Shown here: positions 1 to 10,568 of the stretch, piece after piece | How the letters are laid out: every line of letters starts with the position of its first letter | Position numbering within the stretch: the stretch's first letter is position 1 | Origin: Candidatus Hecatella orcuttiae | GTDB taxonomy: Archaea > Thermoproteota > Bathyarchaeia > Hecatellales > Hecatellaceae | Assembly: GCA_002011035.2 (NCBI GenBank) | Contig: MTLY02000002.1 | Location: forward strand, 224,001 to 288,000 | Reading direction: 5' to 3' | Length of the DNA: 64,000 nt | Made by a program: the position numbers and the translations under genes | Notes under the pieces: generated by a model | What the model saw: the letters and a program-made list of their open reading frames with translations, nothing else | Databases searched by the model: none | What the model was told of the DNA's origin: nothing

Positions 1-351
1 TTCTGTACCTTGCAGCCTCGTCATTCCCGGACCTGACATACCCAAGCTGACAGGTTTTCTATACTCGACTGAAAGGTCGGCGATTTTTCTGGAAGCATGC
101 TGGGCTACAAGTTCGTCGTGTTTAGTGTCTCCTTCCACAACGGCGCCTAGGGTTACCACGGCGTCAACTTCCTCCATTTCTAAGAGCTGTTTTATTGCGA
201 GGGGCATATCAAAGGCTCCCGGAACTTTGTATATGTGGGTGACCTCTGTCTCTAAGAACTTTGCATGGTCTAATGCTCTCTGTAGCATTAGGTAGGTTAT
301 GTCGTAATTAAACTCGGAAACTACTATTCCTAGGCGAATTTTTTCTTCCAT
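1..351 (-). CDS. ribH: 6,7-dimethyl-8-ribityllumazine synthase (partial, runs off window start)
   Basis: Manually translated, not in ORF track: [22 protein letters not shown]...[10 protein letters not shown]...[12 protein letters not shown]...[13 protein letters not shown]; GGAGTGA RBS; follows ribC. Confidence 0.92.
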   Translation of the reverse strand, partial: MEEKIRLGIVVSEFNYDITYLMLQRALDHAKFLETEVTHIYKVPGAFDMPLAIKQLLEMEEVDAVVTLGAVVEGDTKHDELVAQHASRKIADLSVEYRKPVSLGMSGPGMTRLQGTE

Positions 352-363
352 TCTCACTCCTCC

Positions 364-1547
<1,184 letters not shown>

Positions 1548-1637
1548 CCTCTGACCTTCGTTGGTAGAAATAAGTTTGAATACAATAAATAAGTTTCTAC
1601 TCAAAAAAGAGTATAAGAAGCTGGAAATCTGCGGTAC

Positions 1638-1734
1638 TTTTATAGGCTTCGGAACGAAATCAGTAAATCAACCGCAGGCAAGCAGATGATAAGCTTAGTG
1701 CTTACAGCCTCAGCGGAAACCTTGTTGCGGGTTG
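1638..1734 (+). promoter_or_regulatory. TATA box plus structured 5' leader of queT-queC (candidate cis-regulatory RNA)
   Basis: TTTTATA at 1638-1644; imperfect inverted repeat CAAC-CGCA-G-GCAAG (1669-1682) / CTTGT-TGCG-G-GTTG (1721-1734) enclosing a TAAGC-ttagt-GCTTA hairpin and ending at the GAAGGG RBS. Confidence 0.4.
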
Positions 1735-1739
1735 AAGGG

Positions 1740-2228
1740 ATGGCAATGAAAAGCAGGGAATTATCTCTAGTCGCTGTTTTTGCGGCGCTTTACGCCGGTT
1801 TGGTGACGGCTTTTGCACCCTTGAGCTTTCTCATGGTTCAGGTGCGTATCGCAAATGCCTTGATAGGACTTGTTCCTTTAGTGGGCATGCCTGCCGTGTA
1901 TGGCATCGCCTTAGGGGTTCTTTTGGGAAATTTAACCAGCCCTTTGGGTGCGATAGACTTGGTCAGCGCCGGGCCCTCTTTCCTTGGCTTGCTCGCCGTG
2001 TATAAGCTGAGAAAAACCAGTGTCACCGCCGGCCTTTTCCTATACACGTTGACGTTGTCGTTGTGGGTTGCCTTCATGTTATACTATGTTTTAGGTCTCC
2101 CCTACGGCTTAACTTTCATCTACGTCTTTGTGGGGATAGCCATAGCGACCGTCGGTTTGGGGTATGCCCTCTACAAGGGTGTACACAAGGTCATGAGCTT
2201 CAGGGAAATTGAGGTGAAGCTAAAATGA
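1740..2228 (+). CDS. queT: QueT-family membrane transporter (7-deazaguanine precursor)
   Basis: Hydrophobic; AVFAALYA...APLSFLMVQVRIANAL...GVLLGNL motif; overlaps queC start; ATG 1740 or 1746. Confidence 0.8.
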   Translation: MAMKSRELSLVAVFAALYAGLVTAFAPLSFLMVQVRIANALIGLVPLVGMPAVYGIALGVLLGNLTSPLGAIDLVSAGPSFLGLLAVYKLRKTSVTAGLFLYTLTLSLWVAFMLYYVLGLPYGLTFIYVFVGIAIATVGLGYALYKGVHKVMSFREIEVKLK

Positions 2229-2872
2229 AGGAAAAAGCCGTCGTTATAATGTCAGGCGGGGTTGACAGCTCAACCCTAGCGTATTGGGCGAAAAAGAGAT
2301 ACGGGGTTTATGGTTTAACTTTCAACTACGGGCAGCTGGCGGCTAAGGAAACACTTCACGCAAAGCTTGTGGCGGAAACTCTGGGAATCTCCCTGAAGAA
2401 AATAGACCTTTCACAGTTGGAGACAGTGTTTAGGGGTGTTTCTCCACTGTGCGACAGAAACATGGAGATGCCTCCATCGTTCCGTTCAACCCTCATCGTT
2501 CCCTTTAGAAACGCTATCTTCCTCGCGGTTGCGGTTGCCTATGCTGTATCCATCGGAGCTAAGGCTGTTTTCTACGGAGCCCACAGGTCAGATGCGCCCT
2601 TCTATCCAGATTGCAGAAAAGAATTCTTCGAAGCATTTCAAGAAGCTGCGCGAAGCGGAACCGCCACGGGAATCGTCGTCGACGCACCATTCCACAACAT
2701 GGCTAAATCTGAAATAGTTAAGCTGGGTAAAGAGCTAAACGTACCCTTCGAGTTAACTTGGAGCTGTTATCTGGACGGAGATAAACACTGCGGAAAATGT
2801 GAGTCCTGTGTAAACAGAAAAACCGCCTTTAAGGAAGCAGCTGTGGAAGACCCGACTTCCTACCAAGCATAG
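2225..2872 (+). CDS. queC: 7-cyano-7-deazaguanine (preQ0) synthase
   Basis: SGGVDS PP-loop, YGQ, VPFRNAIF, YPDCR, TWSCY...HCGKCESC. Confidence 0.95.
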   Translation: MKEKAVVIMSGGVDSSTLAYWAKKRYGVYGLTFNYGQLAAKETLHAKLVAETLGISLKKIDLSQLETVFRGVSPLCDRNMEMPPSFRSTLIVPFRNAIFLAVAVAYAVSIGAKAVFYGAHRSDAPFYPDCRKEFFEAFQEAARSGTATGIVVDAPFHNMAKSEIVKLGKELNVPFELTWSCYLDGDKHCGKCESCVNRKTAFKEAAVEDPTSYQA

Positions 2873-2892
2873 CAGAGGCTTAACTTCGCCAC

Positions 2893-4317
2893 CTAAGTTA
2901 AGCTCTCTCCAACCATCTGTTCGACGAGTTGAACGAAGCTTTCTTCCCCTTCTGGAGGGATGGTGGCCCCTGCGGCTACATTGTGGCCGCCTCCCTTTCC
3001 CCCTACTTTTTCAGCCGCTGCCTGCATGATGACCCCCAAGTTTAGGCTTCGATCCACCAAGGTTTGGCTGGCTCTGATGGACGCCTTCACCTCTCCTGTC
3101 CTGGTGTTCGTTAAGGCTAAGAGGGGCTTGGAGGGGGGAAAACTCCCTGAGCCTGAAAGGATGGTGGCTATGGGGCTGATGAGGTTCTCATCCACCAAGC
3201 CGTGGCCTCGGATGAGGGTGAGCTTCAAAAGCGTTTTTACGCGGTCCTTGTCCTCCATCAGGCTGGTTACGGTTCTTCCCAAGGTTCGCCTGTAATCGTT
3301 GAGGACGGCTTGGGCTTCCTCCAGGGCTTTTCCCCTTTCCCCTAGGCAGAGGGCTACTCCAAGTCCTGTTTTTTCCATCTTGGCGCAGGCATTAAGGAGG
3401 GCGGCGTACTCCCGGCCGTCCCGCAGCGGAGTCCATTTGTCTTCCTTCTTGAAAGTGTAAACACCGCCCAGCAGGCTTAGGATTGTGTTCTGAGCAAAAC
3501 CCTTGGAAGATAAGTAGATGGTGATTTCGGAGAAGATTTTCTGCTTCTCATCAGGGGTGAGGTCTGAAATCGTCCTCCACCGTTCTCCAGCTTTCAAAGG
3601 TATGTCCAGCTGGGAAAGAAAACCTAGGCAGCGATCCTCTTCCCCACTCAAGCCGGGGATGAAGGGGTTCAGGGTGGTGGCCAAGGCTTGGGGCAGAGGC
3701 CTAGTTTCCCTTCCATAGAAGAGAAGGTCTGTGGAGACCTCTAGGAGGCCGTTTGCCTCAGCGTCCTTCACAGCTTCCAAGTTCAGCCCCTGCAGCGTCC
3801 TAGCCTCGTTTTTGTCCTGAAGGTCTCCCAGGGCTCCTACCACTGCGAGAGGAGCTAAGTCCACGTTCTCCCGGCTGAGCTCTCTAACTACTAGATAACA
3901 CATCCCAGCGCCGCTTATGTCTCGGGCTCCATCGAAGCCGTAGGGGTGAGGGTTCACATGAATGAGGCTGGGAAAGTCCAGCGGGAGAGGCTTATGATGG
4001 TCTATCACCAACACTGCCTCTGAGGAAAGCTTTCCCAGCATGTCCAAATAGCCGCTTCCTATCTCTGTGAAGACGCAGAACTTGAAGCCGGCTTTTTCAT
4101 GCCGGTCTAGGAAGCGGTCGTCGATGCGGGGTATAATTCTTAAGAGAAATTTACCTCCCAGCCTATGCACAGCTTTAGCCACAATAGAGCCAGCAGCCAA
4201 GCCGTCAGCGTCGTTGTGGGAAAAAATGGGGATAAAAGCTTCTTTTTCCACCCATTCTCGGAGAATTCGCGCCGCTTCTCCGCACTGCCGAGTTAAGTCT
4301 TGGATAGATGAGCACAT
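2893..4317 (-). CDS. RecJ-like DHH phosphoesterase (archaeal RecJ/Cdc45 family)
   Basis: HNDADG, IDHH, GALGDLQD, C-terminal GGGHNVAAGA DHHA1 domain; downstream of rps15. Confidence 0.85.
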   Translation of the reverse strand: MCSSIQDLTRQCGEAARILREWVEKEAFIPIFSHNDADGLAAGSIVAKAVHRLGGKFLLRIIPRIDDRFLDRHEKAGFKFCVFTEIGSGYLDMLGKLSSEAVLVIDHHKPLPLDFPSLIHVNPHPYGFDGARDISGAGMCYLVVRELSRENVDLAPLAVVGALGDLQDKNEARTLQGLNLEAVKDAEANGLLEVSTDLLFYGRETRPLPQALATTLNPFIPGLSGEEDRCLGFLSQLDIPLKAGERWRTISDLTPDEKQKIFSEITIYLSSKGFAQNTILSLLGGVYTFKKEDKWTPLRDGREYAALLNACAKMEKTGLGVALCLGERGKALEEAQAVLNDYRRTLGRTVTSLMEDKDRVKTLLKLTLIRGHGLVDENLISPIATILSGSGSFPPSKPLLALTNTRTGEVKASIRASQTLVDRSLNLGVIMQAAAEKVGGKGGGHNVAAGATIPPEGEESFVQLVEQMVGESLT

Positions 4318-4333
4318 GTCTTTTAGCCTAAGC

Positions 4334-4783
4334 CTACATGAAGGAGCCTACGATGGGCTTATATTTCCAGTCAGCCGGAAGCTTGCCTCTTCTCTTGTAA
4401 TATTCGACAAGCCGATGGATTCGTGACTCCAGAAGATAGAGGCTGTGGACGTTTTTATGGTCGCCTCGGTTCTTTTCCAAGTGCCTAGCTAGCTGGCTGC
4501 TTCTCTTCAGCAGAGCCGCCAAGTCCTCGGGAATCTTCGGAGCCAAACCGGCTTGGGAGAGAATCTGAGTGATCTTTTTGTTAGTAATAGACCTAGTCAG
4601 CGGAATACCGTACTGATCTCGAAGGATCATTCCTATCTTGTCAGGGGGATTCCCTTCTTTGGCTAGTTTGATTATCTGAGATTCCACTTCCTCCGGCCTG
4701 TAGGTACACCAAGAGGGGGGCCTTTTGGTCACAGGCCTAGTGGAGTGGGACTGCCCCCTTCTATGAGCGTGAACCCTCGCCAA
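4334..4783 (-). CDS. rps15: 30S ribosomal protein uS15 (S15P/S13e)
   Basis: MARVHAHRRGQSHSTRP, IGMILRDQYGIP, ESRIHRLVEYYK; GGTGA 6 nt before TTG. Confidence 0.96.
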   Translation of the reverse strand: MARVHAHRRGQSHSTRPVTKRPPSWCTYRPEEVESQIIKLAKEGNPPDKIGMILRDQYGIPLTRSITNKKITQILSQAGLAPKIPEDLAALLKRSSQLARHLEKNRGDHKNVHSLYLLESRIHRLVEYYKRRGKLPADWKYKPIVGSFM

Positions 4784-4831
4784 CTTCGATCACCCGACGA
4801 ATATGCGCTCCGTAAAATAGAAGCATATCCT

Positions 4832-5431
4832 CTATAAGAATTTAGCCTTAGCCAACCAGCATGCCAGTTTCCGGAAGGCTTGGGCCCTGTGGGAAAACTG
4901 GTTTTTCACAGCCAAAGACATCTCCGCAAACGTCTGGGAGCATCCGTGAGGCTGAAACAGGGGGTCGAAGCCGAAGCCTCCCTTCCCACGGCTTTCTTCC
5001 ACGATCAGCCCTTCTACTTTTCCGGTGAACAGTTGAGGCTTCGCCTTTGGGGAGCCGTAGGCTATGACTGAAAGAAAGTAGGCTTTCCGCCGGTTTTGCC
5101 CTTTCATCAGCCTTAGGACACCTTCCACACCCAAGGTCCGGTAAACGTAGGAGGAGTAGGGGCCGGGGAAGCCTCGGAGGCTCTGGATGAATAAGCCGGC
5201 GTCTTCCACCATTACTGGGAGGTGATGTTTTTCCAGCACTTGAGTTAGGCTGTTTCGGGCTATGGATGCCAGGTCTTCGGATTGAATTTCCACAGGCTTA
5301 AAAGCCAGCCTTCTTACGGTGAGGCCGTAGCCGGCGGCTAAGGTTTTTATTTCTTTGAACTTGTGGAGGTTTGAGGTGGCGAAGAAGACTTCTCTCCGTT
5401 TCTTGGACGAGGGGTTAGAGGAGAAGAACAG
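4832..5431 (-). CDS. rdgB: Non-canonical purine NTP (dITP/XTP) pyrophosphatase, Ham1 family
   Basis: VEDAGL, GFPGPYS, GFGFDPLF, KNQFSHRAQA; the N-terminal FFATSNLHKFKEI motif lies upstream of the ORF-track start (5293), so the start is placed at CTG 5431. Confidence 0.9.
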   Translation of the reverse strand: MFFSSNPSSKKRREVFFATSNLHKFKEIKTLAAGYGLTVRRLAFKPVEIQSEDLASIARNSLTQVLEKHHLPVMVEDAGLFIQSLRGFPGPYSSYVYRTLGVEGVLRLMKGQNRRKAYFLSVIAYGSPKAKPQLFTGKVEGLIVEESRGKGGFGFDPLFQPHGCSQTFAEMSLAVKNQFSHRAQAFRKLACWLAKAKFL

Positions 5432-5432
5432 T

Positions 5433-6878
5433 TCAGCTTCCCTTCTTCATCTGGGAGAGTTTTTTCCTGATGAGAGCGTTGGTCAACTCTGGGTCCGCTT
5501 TGCCCCCCGTGGCTTCCATGGTCTTGCCGATCAGATAGTGGATTGTTTTTTCGTCGACCAAGGCATCTTCCACGGCTTTGGGATACTCTTTGAAAACTTG
5601 GGCTATGTAGCCTTCTAGGGTTTGGAGGTCGGTGATGCGCCACCAGTCCTTTTCCCTGACGACGGTGGAGGGGCTTTTTCCGTGTTTCATCACCTCCCAA
5701 AGGACTTTCTTGGCTATTTTGATGCTTATGTCCCCTCGGTCCATCAGCTTCAGCATTTCCGCTAGATATTGAGGAGCCAGCTTAGCTTGGTCTATGTCCA
5801 CCTCGAGGCTGTGGAGGCATTGGAGCACATCCCCCATCAGCCAGTTGGCAACAGCCTTGGGTTTATCGTAGAGTTTAGCGCATTCCTCGAAGAAATCCGC
5901 CATAGCCCGGTCGCTCGTCAGAACCTCCGCGTCATATTCCGGAAGACCGTAGGCTTTTAGGAAGCGTTCTTTCCGGGCGTCTGGAAGCTCCGGCATCCGG
6001 CTGCGGAGGAGCTCTACCATCTCTTGGGATATCCGAACAGGCGTTAAGTCGGGTTCCAGGAAGTACCGGTAGTCTTGTTCCTCCTCCTTCACCCTGAGGC
6101 TGAGGGTCGTTCTTCTCACATCGTCCCAGTGGCGGGTTTCCGTTTGAATCTTTACTCCTTTTTTTAATAGATCCCGCTGCCGGACTATTTCGAAAGTCAA
6201 GGCCCTCTCCACATCCTTGAAGGAGGAAATATTCTTCACCTCAACTCGGCCTCCGCCTTCGATGGATATGTTCGCATCGCACCTCATCGCTCCCTCCAGC
6301 CCGCCGTCGGAAACACCCAAGTGTTCAAGGATAGAACGGAGCTTTTGGAGGAAAGCTCGGGCCTCCGCGGGAGCCTCCAACTCCGGCTCGGTGACGATTT
6401 CGAGGAGAGCAATTCCAGCCCGGTTGTAGTCCACCAAGGTGTAGGGGGAAGTGTCGATGGTGCCGTGGTAGAAAAGTTTCCCAGGATCCTCCTCCAGATG
6501 GATCCTCCTAAGCCTCACTGTCTTCCGGGTTTTTCCCACTAGAAAGCCCACCCAGCCTCCGGAGGCTATGGCTATGCTTCCCCCTACATCATACTGAGAG
6601 ATCTGGAAGTTCTTAGGCATGTCAGGGTAAAAGTAGTTCTTGCGGACGAAGAAAGTTTGAGGCGCCACCTCACAGTTTAGGGCCAAAGCCACCATGACGG
6701 CCAACTCTACCGCTTTCTCGTTAAGCACAGGCAGCGAACCTGGAAGACCCAAGCATACAGGGCAGACGAAAGTGTTAGGGGTCTTCCCTCTGTAATCCGA
6801 GGAGCAGCCGCAGAAAAGCTTAGTCTTGAGACTGGTCAGCTGGCAGTGGATTTCCAGCCCTATCTTCACTTTCTCCAA
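5433..6878 (-). CDS. gatB: Asp/Glu-tRNA amidotransferase subunit B
   Basis: IGLEIHCQL, RKNYFYPD, DYNRAGIALLEIVTEP, RCDANIS, YRYFLEPDL. Confidence 0.97.
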   Translation of the reverse strand: MEKVKIGLEIHCQLTSLKTKLFCGCSSDYRGKTPNTFVCPVCLGLPGSLPVLNEKAVELAVMVALALNCEVAPQTFFVRKNYFYPDMPKNFQISQYDVGGSIAIASGGWVGFLVGKTRKTVRLRRIHLEEDPGKLFYHGTIDTSPYTLVDYNRAGIALLEIVTEPELEAPAEARAFLQKLRSILEHLGVSDGGLEGAMRCDANISIEGGGRVEVKNISSFKDVERALTFEIVRQRDLLKKGVKIQTETRHWDDVRRTTLSLRVKEEEQDYRYFLEPDLTPVRISQEMVELLRSRMPELPDARKERFLKAYGLPEYDAEVLTSDRAMADFFEECAKLYDKPKAVANWLMGDVLQCLHSLEVDIDQAKLAPQYLAEMLKLMDRGDISIKIAKKVLWEVMKHGKSPSTVVREKDWWRITDLQTLEGYIAQVFKEYPKAVEDALVDEKTIHYLIGKTMEATGGKADPELTNALIRKKLSQMKKGS

Positions 6879-6892
6879 GGCCCTTCACCAGC

Positions 6893-8350
6893 TCAGAGCG
6901 TGGGAGTTCTTCCCTTAAAGGCCGCAGCCTGCTCGTAGGCGAAGGAAACCTGCAGAGCTAGGTCTTCCCTGAAGGGAGGAGCTATCACCTGGGCTCCGAT
7001 GGGAAGCCCTTGGTGGAAACCACAGGGGAAAGACACAGCCGGCAGGCCGGCGAGGTTGACAGGCACGGTGTCCACATCGCACATGTATAGAGCCAAGGGG
7101 TTGTCTATTTTTTCTCCAAGCCTGAAGGGAAGCAAGGGCATGGTGGGCGCTAGGAGGACATCGACCTGCTGGAAGGCTTTTTCGAAGCTTCTCTTTATCA
7201 AGGTGGCGACCTTAAGGGACTTGAGGAAAAACCTGTCATAGTAGCCGGCTGAGAGGGCGTAGGTGCCTAGAATGATCCTCCGTTTCACCTCGGCTCCGAA
7301 GCCCTCCCGGCGGCTTTTGGAGAAAACCTGGTTCCAATCCAAGTCGACTTCAGTCCTATAGCCGTACCTTACACCATCGTAGCGGGCTAGGTTGGAGCTG
7401 GCCTCCGACATGGCGATGAGGTAGTAGGCTGGGAGAGCGTAGCTAAGGACGGGTAAGGAGATCTCTTGGCAGAGGGCTCCCATCTCCTCCAGCTTGGAGG
7501 CGCATTCCAGCACAGCCTTCACCACCGCTTCATCCGTCCCCAGCCCTATCAACTCTCGTAGGACGCCTACCTTTAAGCCTCGGAGGTCCTTCCCCAAGCT
7601 TCGCGTATAATCTCGCGGAGCTCTGTTCACCGACGTGGAATCCCTTTCATCGTACCCCCCTATCACGGACAGCAGCAAAGCGCAGTCGTACGTGCCCCTA
7701 GCCAGCGGACCTATCTGCTCCAAGCTGTTGGCGTAGGCGATAAGTCCGTAACGGCTGACCAGCCCGTAGGTGGGCTTGAGTCCCACCACACCGCAGAAGC
7801 TAGCCGGACATCGGATGGAGCCCCCTGTGTCGCTTCCTAAGGCCAGCGGAGCCTCTTGGGCTGAGACTGCGGCGGCGCTGCCTCCTGAGGAGCCTCCTGG
7901 AACCCGGCTGAGGTCCCAGGGGTTTCTCGTGGGGCCAAAGTAGCTGGTTTCCGTGGAGCTGCCCATAGCGAACTCGTCCATGTTAGTCTTTCCGATGACG
8001 ATACCGTCCTCCGCCTCAATCCTCTCCACTACAGTGGCATCGTAGGGGGGAACAAAGTTTTCCAGAATCTTAGAGGCGCAGGTGGTCTTCACCCCTTTGG
8101 TGCAGATGTTGTCCTTCACAGCTACGGCTACACCTGCCAGCATCCCCACCCGCTCGCCCCGTTTCACCTTTTTATCTATTTTTTCAGCCTTCTTGAGGAC
8201 TGCTTCTCGGAGGACAGAAACGTAAGCTTTGACTTTAGGCTCAAGACTGTCTATCCTACTGAGGAAGGAGACAATACACTCCCGGGCAGTCAATTCCCGG
8301 TTTCTGATTTTCTGGGATATTTCCCAAGCTCCGAGCTTGTAAGGTTCCAT
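6893..8350 (-). CDS. gatA: Asp/Glu-tRNA amidotransferase subunit A
   Basis: Amidase signature GKTNMDEFAMGSS, PGGSSGGS, GSDTGGSIRCPA, SNLARYDG. Confidence 0.97.
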   Translation of the reverse strand: MEPYKLGAWEISQKIRNRELTARECIVSFLSRIDSLEPKVKAYVSVLREAVLKKAEKIDKKVKRGERVGMLAGVAVAVKDNICTKGVKTTCASKILENFVPPYDATVVERIEAEDGIVIGKTNMDEFAMGSSTETSYFGPTRNPWDLSRVPGGSSGGSAAAVSAQEAPLALGSDTGGSIRCPASFCGVVGLKPTYGLVSRYGLIAYANSLEQIGPLARGTYDCALLLSVIGGYDERDSTSVNRAPRDYTRSLGKDLRGLKVGVLRELIGLGTDEAVVKAVLECASKLEEMGALCQEISLPVLSYALPAYYLIAMSEASSNLARYDGVRYGYRTEVDLDWNQVFSKSRREGFGAEVKRRIILGTYALSAGYYDRFFLKSLKVATLIKRSFEKAFQQVDVLLAPTMPLLPFRLGEKIDNPLALYMCDVDTVPVNLAGLPAVSFPCGFHQGLPIGAQVIAPPFREDLALQVSFAYEQAAAFKGRTPTL

Positions 8351-8362
8351 GGCCTGCTTCCC

Positions 8363-8662
8363 TCAGAGGATCCGGGGAGCTTCGAAGAAGCGGCCCCTTT
8401 TCCTTGGGGCGTTGGCCAAAGCTTCCTCGGGGGGGAGAGAAGGCTTCACTTCATCTTTCCTGAAAACATTAACCAACTCTAAGACGTGGAGAGTGGGCGG
8501 AACTCCCTCCGTGTCCAGCTCATTCAGCTTTTGGAAGTAGTCTAGGATGTCATTGAACTGCTGGGTGTAGAGTTCTTTTTCCTCCTCTGAAAGCTCCAGC
8601 CTCGCCAACCAAGCGACATGCTCCACCTCTTCCTTCGAAATATGCCTTTTCGAAAGGGCCAT
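8363..8662 (-). CDS. gatC: Asp/Glu-tRNA amidotransferase subunit C
   Basis: ISKEEVEHVAWLARLEL, NVFRKDE, ALANAP...FFEAPRIL. Confidence 0.95.
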   Translation of the reverse strand: MALSKRHISKEEVEHVAWLARLELSEEEKELYTQQFNDILDYFQKLNELDTEGVPPTLHVLELVNVFRKDEVKPSLPPEEALANAPRKRGRFFEAPRIL

Positions 8663-8804
8663 CCTCAACTTCACCTTAGAAATGGCGACAGAGCAGATGA
8701 ACTGCTAAACCTCAAATGACTATCTGCAACAACTATAATAACCGTTCGCTGAAGAGATGTAAAAATTTCGATCCTGAAGCTGATGGAAACTGGTTTTAAT
8801 CCTT

Positions 8805-9716
8805 TCACCCTAGCTCTTCAGCCTTCCCAATCCAGCTTAGGATCTGCCTGCTTAGGGATGGATGCTTCCTTCTCCTAGGCCTCGAGACCGATGGGCAACC
8901 GCCTAGGAGCCGGTAGGCGCGTAGGGCCAACGGGTCAGCTTCACCGACCCTGTAACTTCGCCAACCTTCATAGTGCTTGAAGCTTTCCACGCAGGCCTCT
9001 TCTGGGGAGAAATCTTCCAGCTTCTCGGGGTCGATGAACACAGCGACCTTGTCCAGTTCCCTGTGCAGTGAGAGAGGGCAGACGAAAAGCCTTTGGAGGT
9101 CCATTTCATTGTCAACCCTTAACCCCGCCGACCCCAGCCTCAGGGCGGCTTCTTCCACCTTGGGGTGAACTTTCACCCTCACATACTCGACGGTGGCGTA
9201 GGCGAGGTCCAAGGGGTTAACCTTCGCCCTTAGCTCCGGGGAGAAGGCTGAGGGATGTATGTGGACATGGGCTCCTCGACCGCTGAACTTAACGGCCACA
9301 GACTCAGAGACTCCATAGGTTTCTAGGCATCGGAGTATCTCCTTCACCGCCTCCACCGTGGCCCTCCATCCTTCCAGCCGGTTGTCTACATCCCATGTGG
9401 CCATGCAGGCTTGGATGTTGGCGGGGTCGTAGATGTTTTCCTCTCGCTCCAGCTGCCGGTAAAGGTTGGCTGTGGCATGAATGGTTCGCGGCTGAAGCCT
9501 TCGGTAGGCTTTAAACAGGTAGTCTAGGTCTGAGGTCTTCCCGACCCTCAAGGGACGATGCCCCGGTTTTTGATAGCGAACTAATATTCTCCGGCCTCGC
9601 TCGTCTTTTTGTTCGCAGTGAATTCCAACCCACCTGTCCCTGCAAAATTCAACGATCTCCCTCTGAACCTCAGGCTTGCTGTAATGGTGGAGGATTTGCT
9701 CGTAGGCTAAGGGCAT
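8805..9716 (-). CDS. Standalone archaeo-eukaryotic primase (AEP) superfamily primase-polymerase-like protein
   Basis: Motif I WDVD, motif II KFSGRGAHVH, motif III-like EMD..RLFVCPLSLH; no PriL neighbour. Confidence 0.7.
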   Translation of the reverse strand: MPLAYEQILHHYSKPEVQREIVEFCRDRWVGIHCEQKDERGRRILVRYQKPGHRPLRVGKTSDLDYLFKAYRRLQPRTIHATANLYRQLEREENIYDPANIQACMATWDVDNRLEGWRATVEAVKEILRCLETYGVSESVAVKFSGRGAHVHIHPSAFSPELRAKVNPLDLAYATVEYVRVKVHPKVEEAALRLGSAGLRVDNEMDLQRLFVCPLSLHRELDKVAVFIDPEKLEDFSPEEACVESFKHYEGWRSYRVGEADPLALRAYRLLGGCPSVSRPRRRKHPSLSRQILSWIGKAEELG

Positions 9717-9758
9717 AGCTTCACCTCGAAGTTGGTAAGGAAGGCGAAGCAGGCAGAC

Positions 9759-10550
9759 TCACGGAGGCATTTCCTTTTCTCTTTCCTCAGCCGCCTTGAT
9801 GACCTTCTCCGAAACCTTGGAAGGCACAGCTACATCTTCCCTTCTTTGCTTGGCGGAGCCTAGGAGGGTGAGGCCTCGGCCGTCCAGCACCGTGACCTCC
9901 TGCATAACCAAAGAGTGGGGAGTCTGCCTCATCTTCTCCACTAGAAGGTATCTTCTCAGAACCCCTCCGCGGACAAACCTTCGAAACCTGATGATGCCGT
10001 CGGCTATATGCTCCACCCCGAAGCCGAAGGCGTCGGAGGTGGTGATGGCGTACTGGGAGACGGCTAGGACGGTGAAGTCCCATTTAGTCAGGACTTTTTT
10101 GACGGTATAAGAGTACCGCCGGGCCATAGCCGGCTTATCCAACCAGAAGGCAGAGAGGCTGTCGATGACCAATCTAGCCCGGCCGTAGCCTAAGGTCTTC
10201 TTAGCCTCGATGACCTTGTTCAGCAACTCGTCGATTTCAAGGCTTTTCAGAGACCAAGGATCTTCCAAGCCCATGAGGGCGTCGACGATTATCAGTCTCC
10301 CACCCTCCACAGCCCGGCGGAAGTCGATGCCGAACTGAGCTGACTGCTGGATGATGGAGTCCCTAGACTCCTCGGTGGTGACGTAGATGCAACGGTCTCC
10401 CTCCTTTATCCCTTCCGCTATGAAGTGTATGGAGAACACAGTCTTACCTGTTCCCGGCTCCCCTGTCACCGCCACCAGAAAACTTCGGGGGATACCTCCC
10501 CCAACCAGCCTGTCGAACTCAGGTATACCTGTGGACAGCCTTTCACTCAA
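9759..10550 (-). CDS. Single-domain KaiC/RecA-superfamily ATPase (resembles the archaeal PAE1156-type KaiC family)
   Basis: RLSTGIPEFD, GEPGTGKT Walker A, YVTTEES, RLVIDSL, EHIADGII, VEKMRQT. Confidence 0.9.
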   Translation of the reverse strand: MSERLSTGIPEFDRLVGGGIPRSFLVAVTGEPGTGKTVFSIHFIAEGIKEGDRCIYVTTEESRDSIIQQSAQFGIDFRRAVEGGRLIIVDALMGLEDPWSLKSLEIDELLNKVIEAKKTLGYGRARLVIDSLSAFWLDKPAMARRYSYTVKKVLTKWDFTVLAVSQYAITTSDAFGFGVEHIADGIIRFRRFVRGGVLRRYLLVEKMRQTPHSLVMQEVTVLDGRGLTLLGSAKQRREDVAVPSKVSEKVIKAAEEREKEMPP

Positions 10551-10568
10551 GAACCGGAGCAGCCCCCC

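Noticed and set aside
1548-1637. FMN riboswitch upstream of the rib operon
   Set aside because: Only a short AT-rich divergent promoter region; no room or conserved sequence for an RFN element
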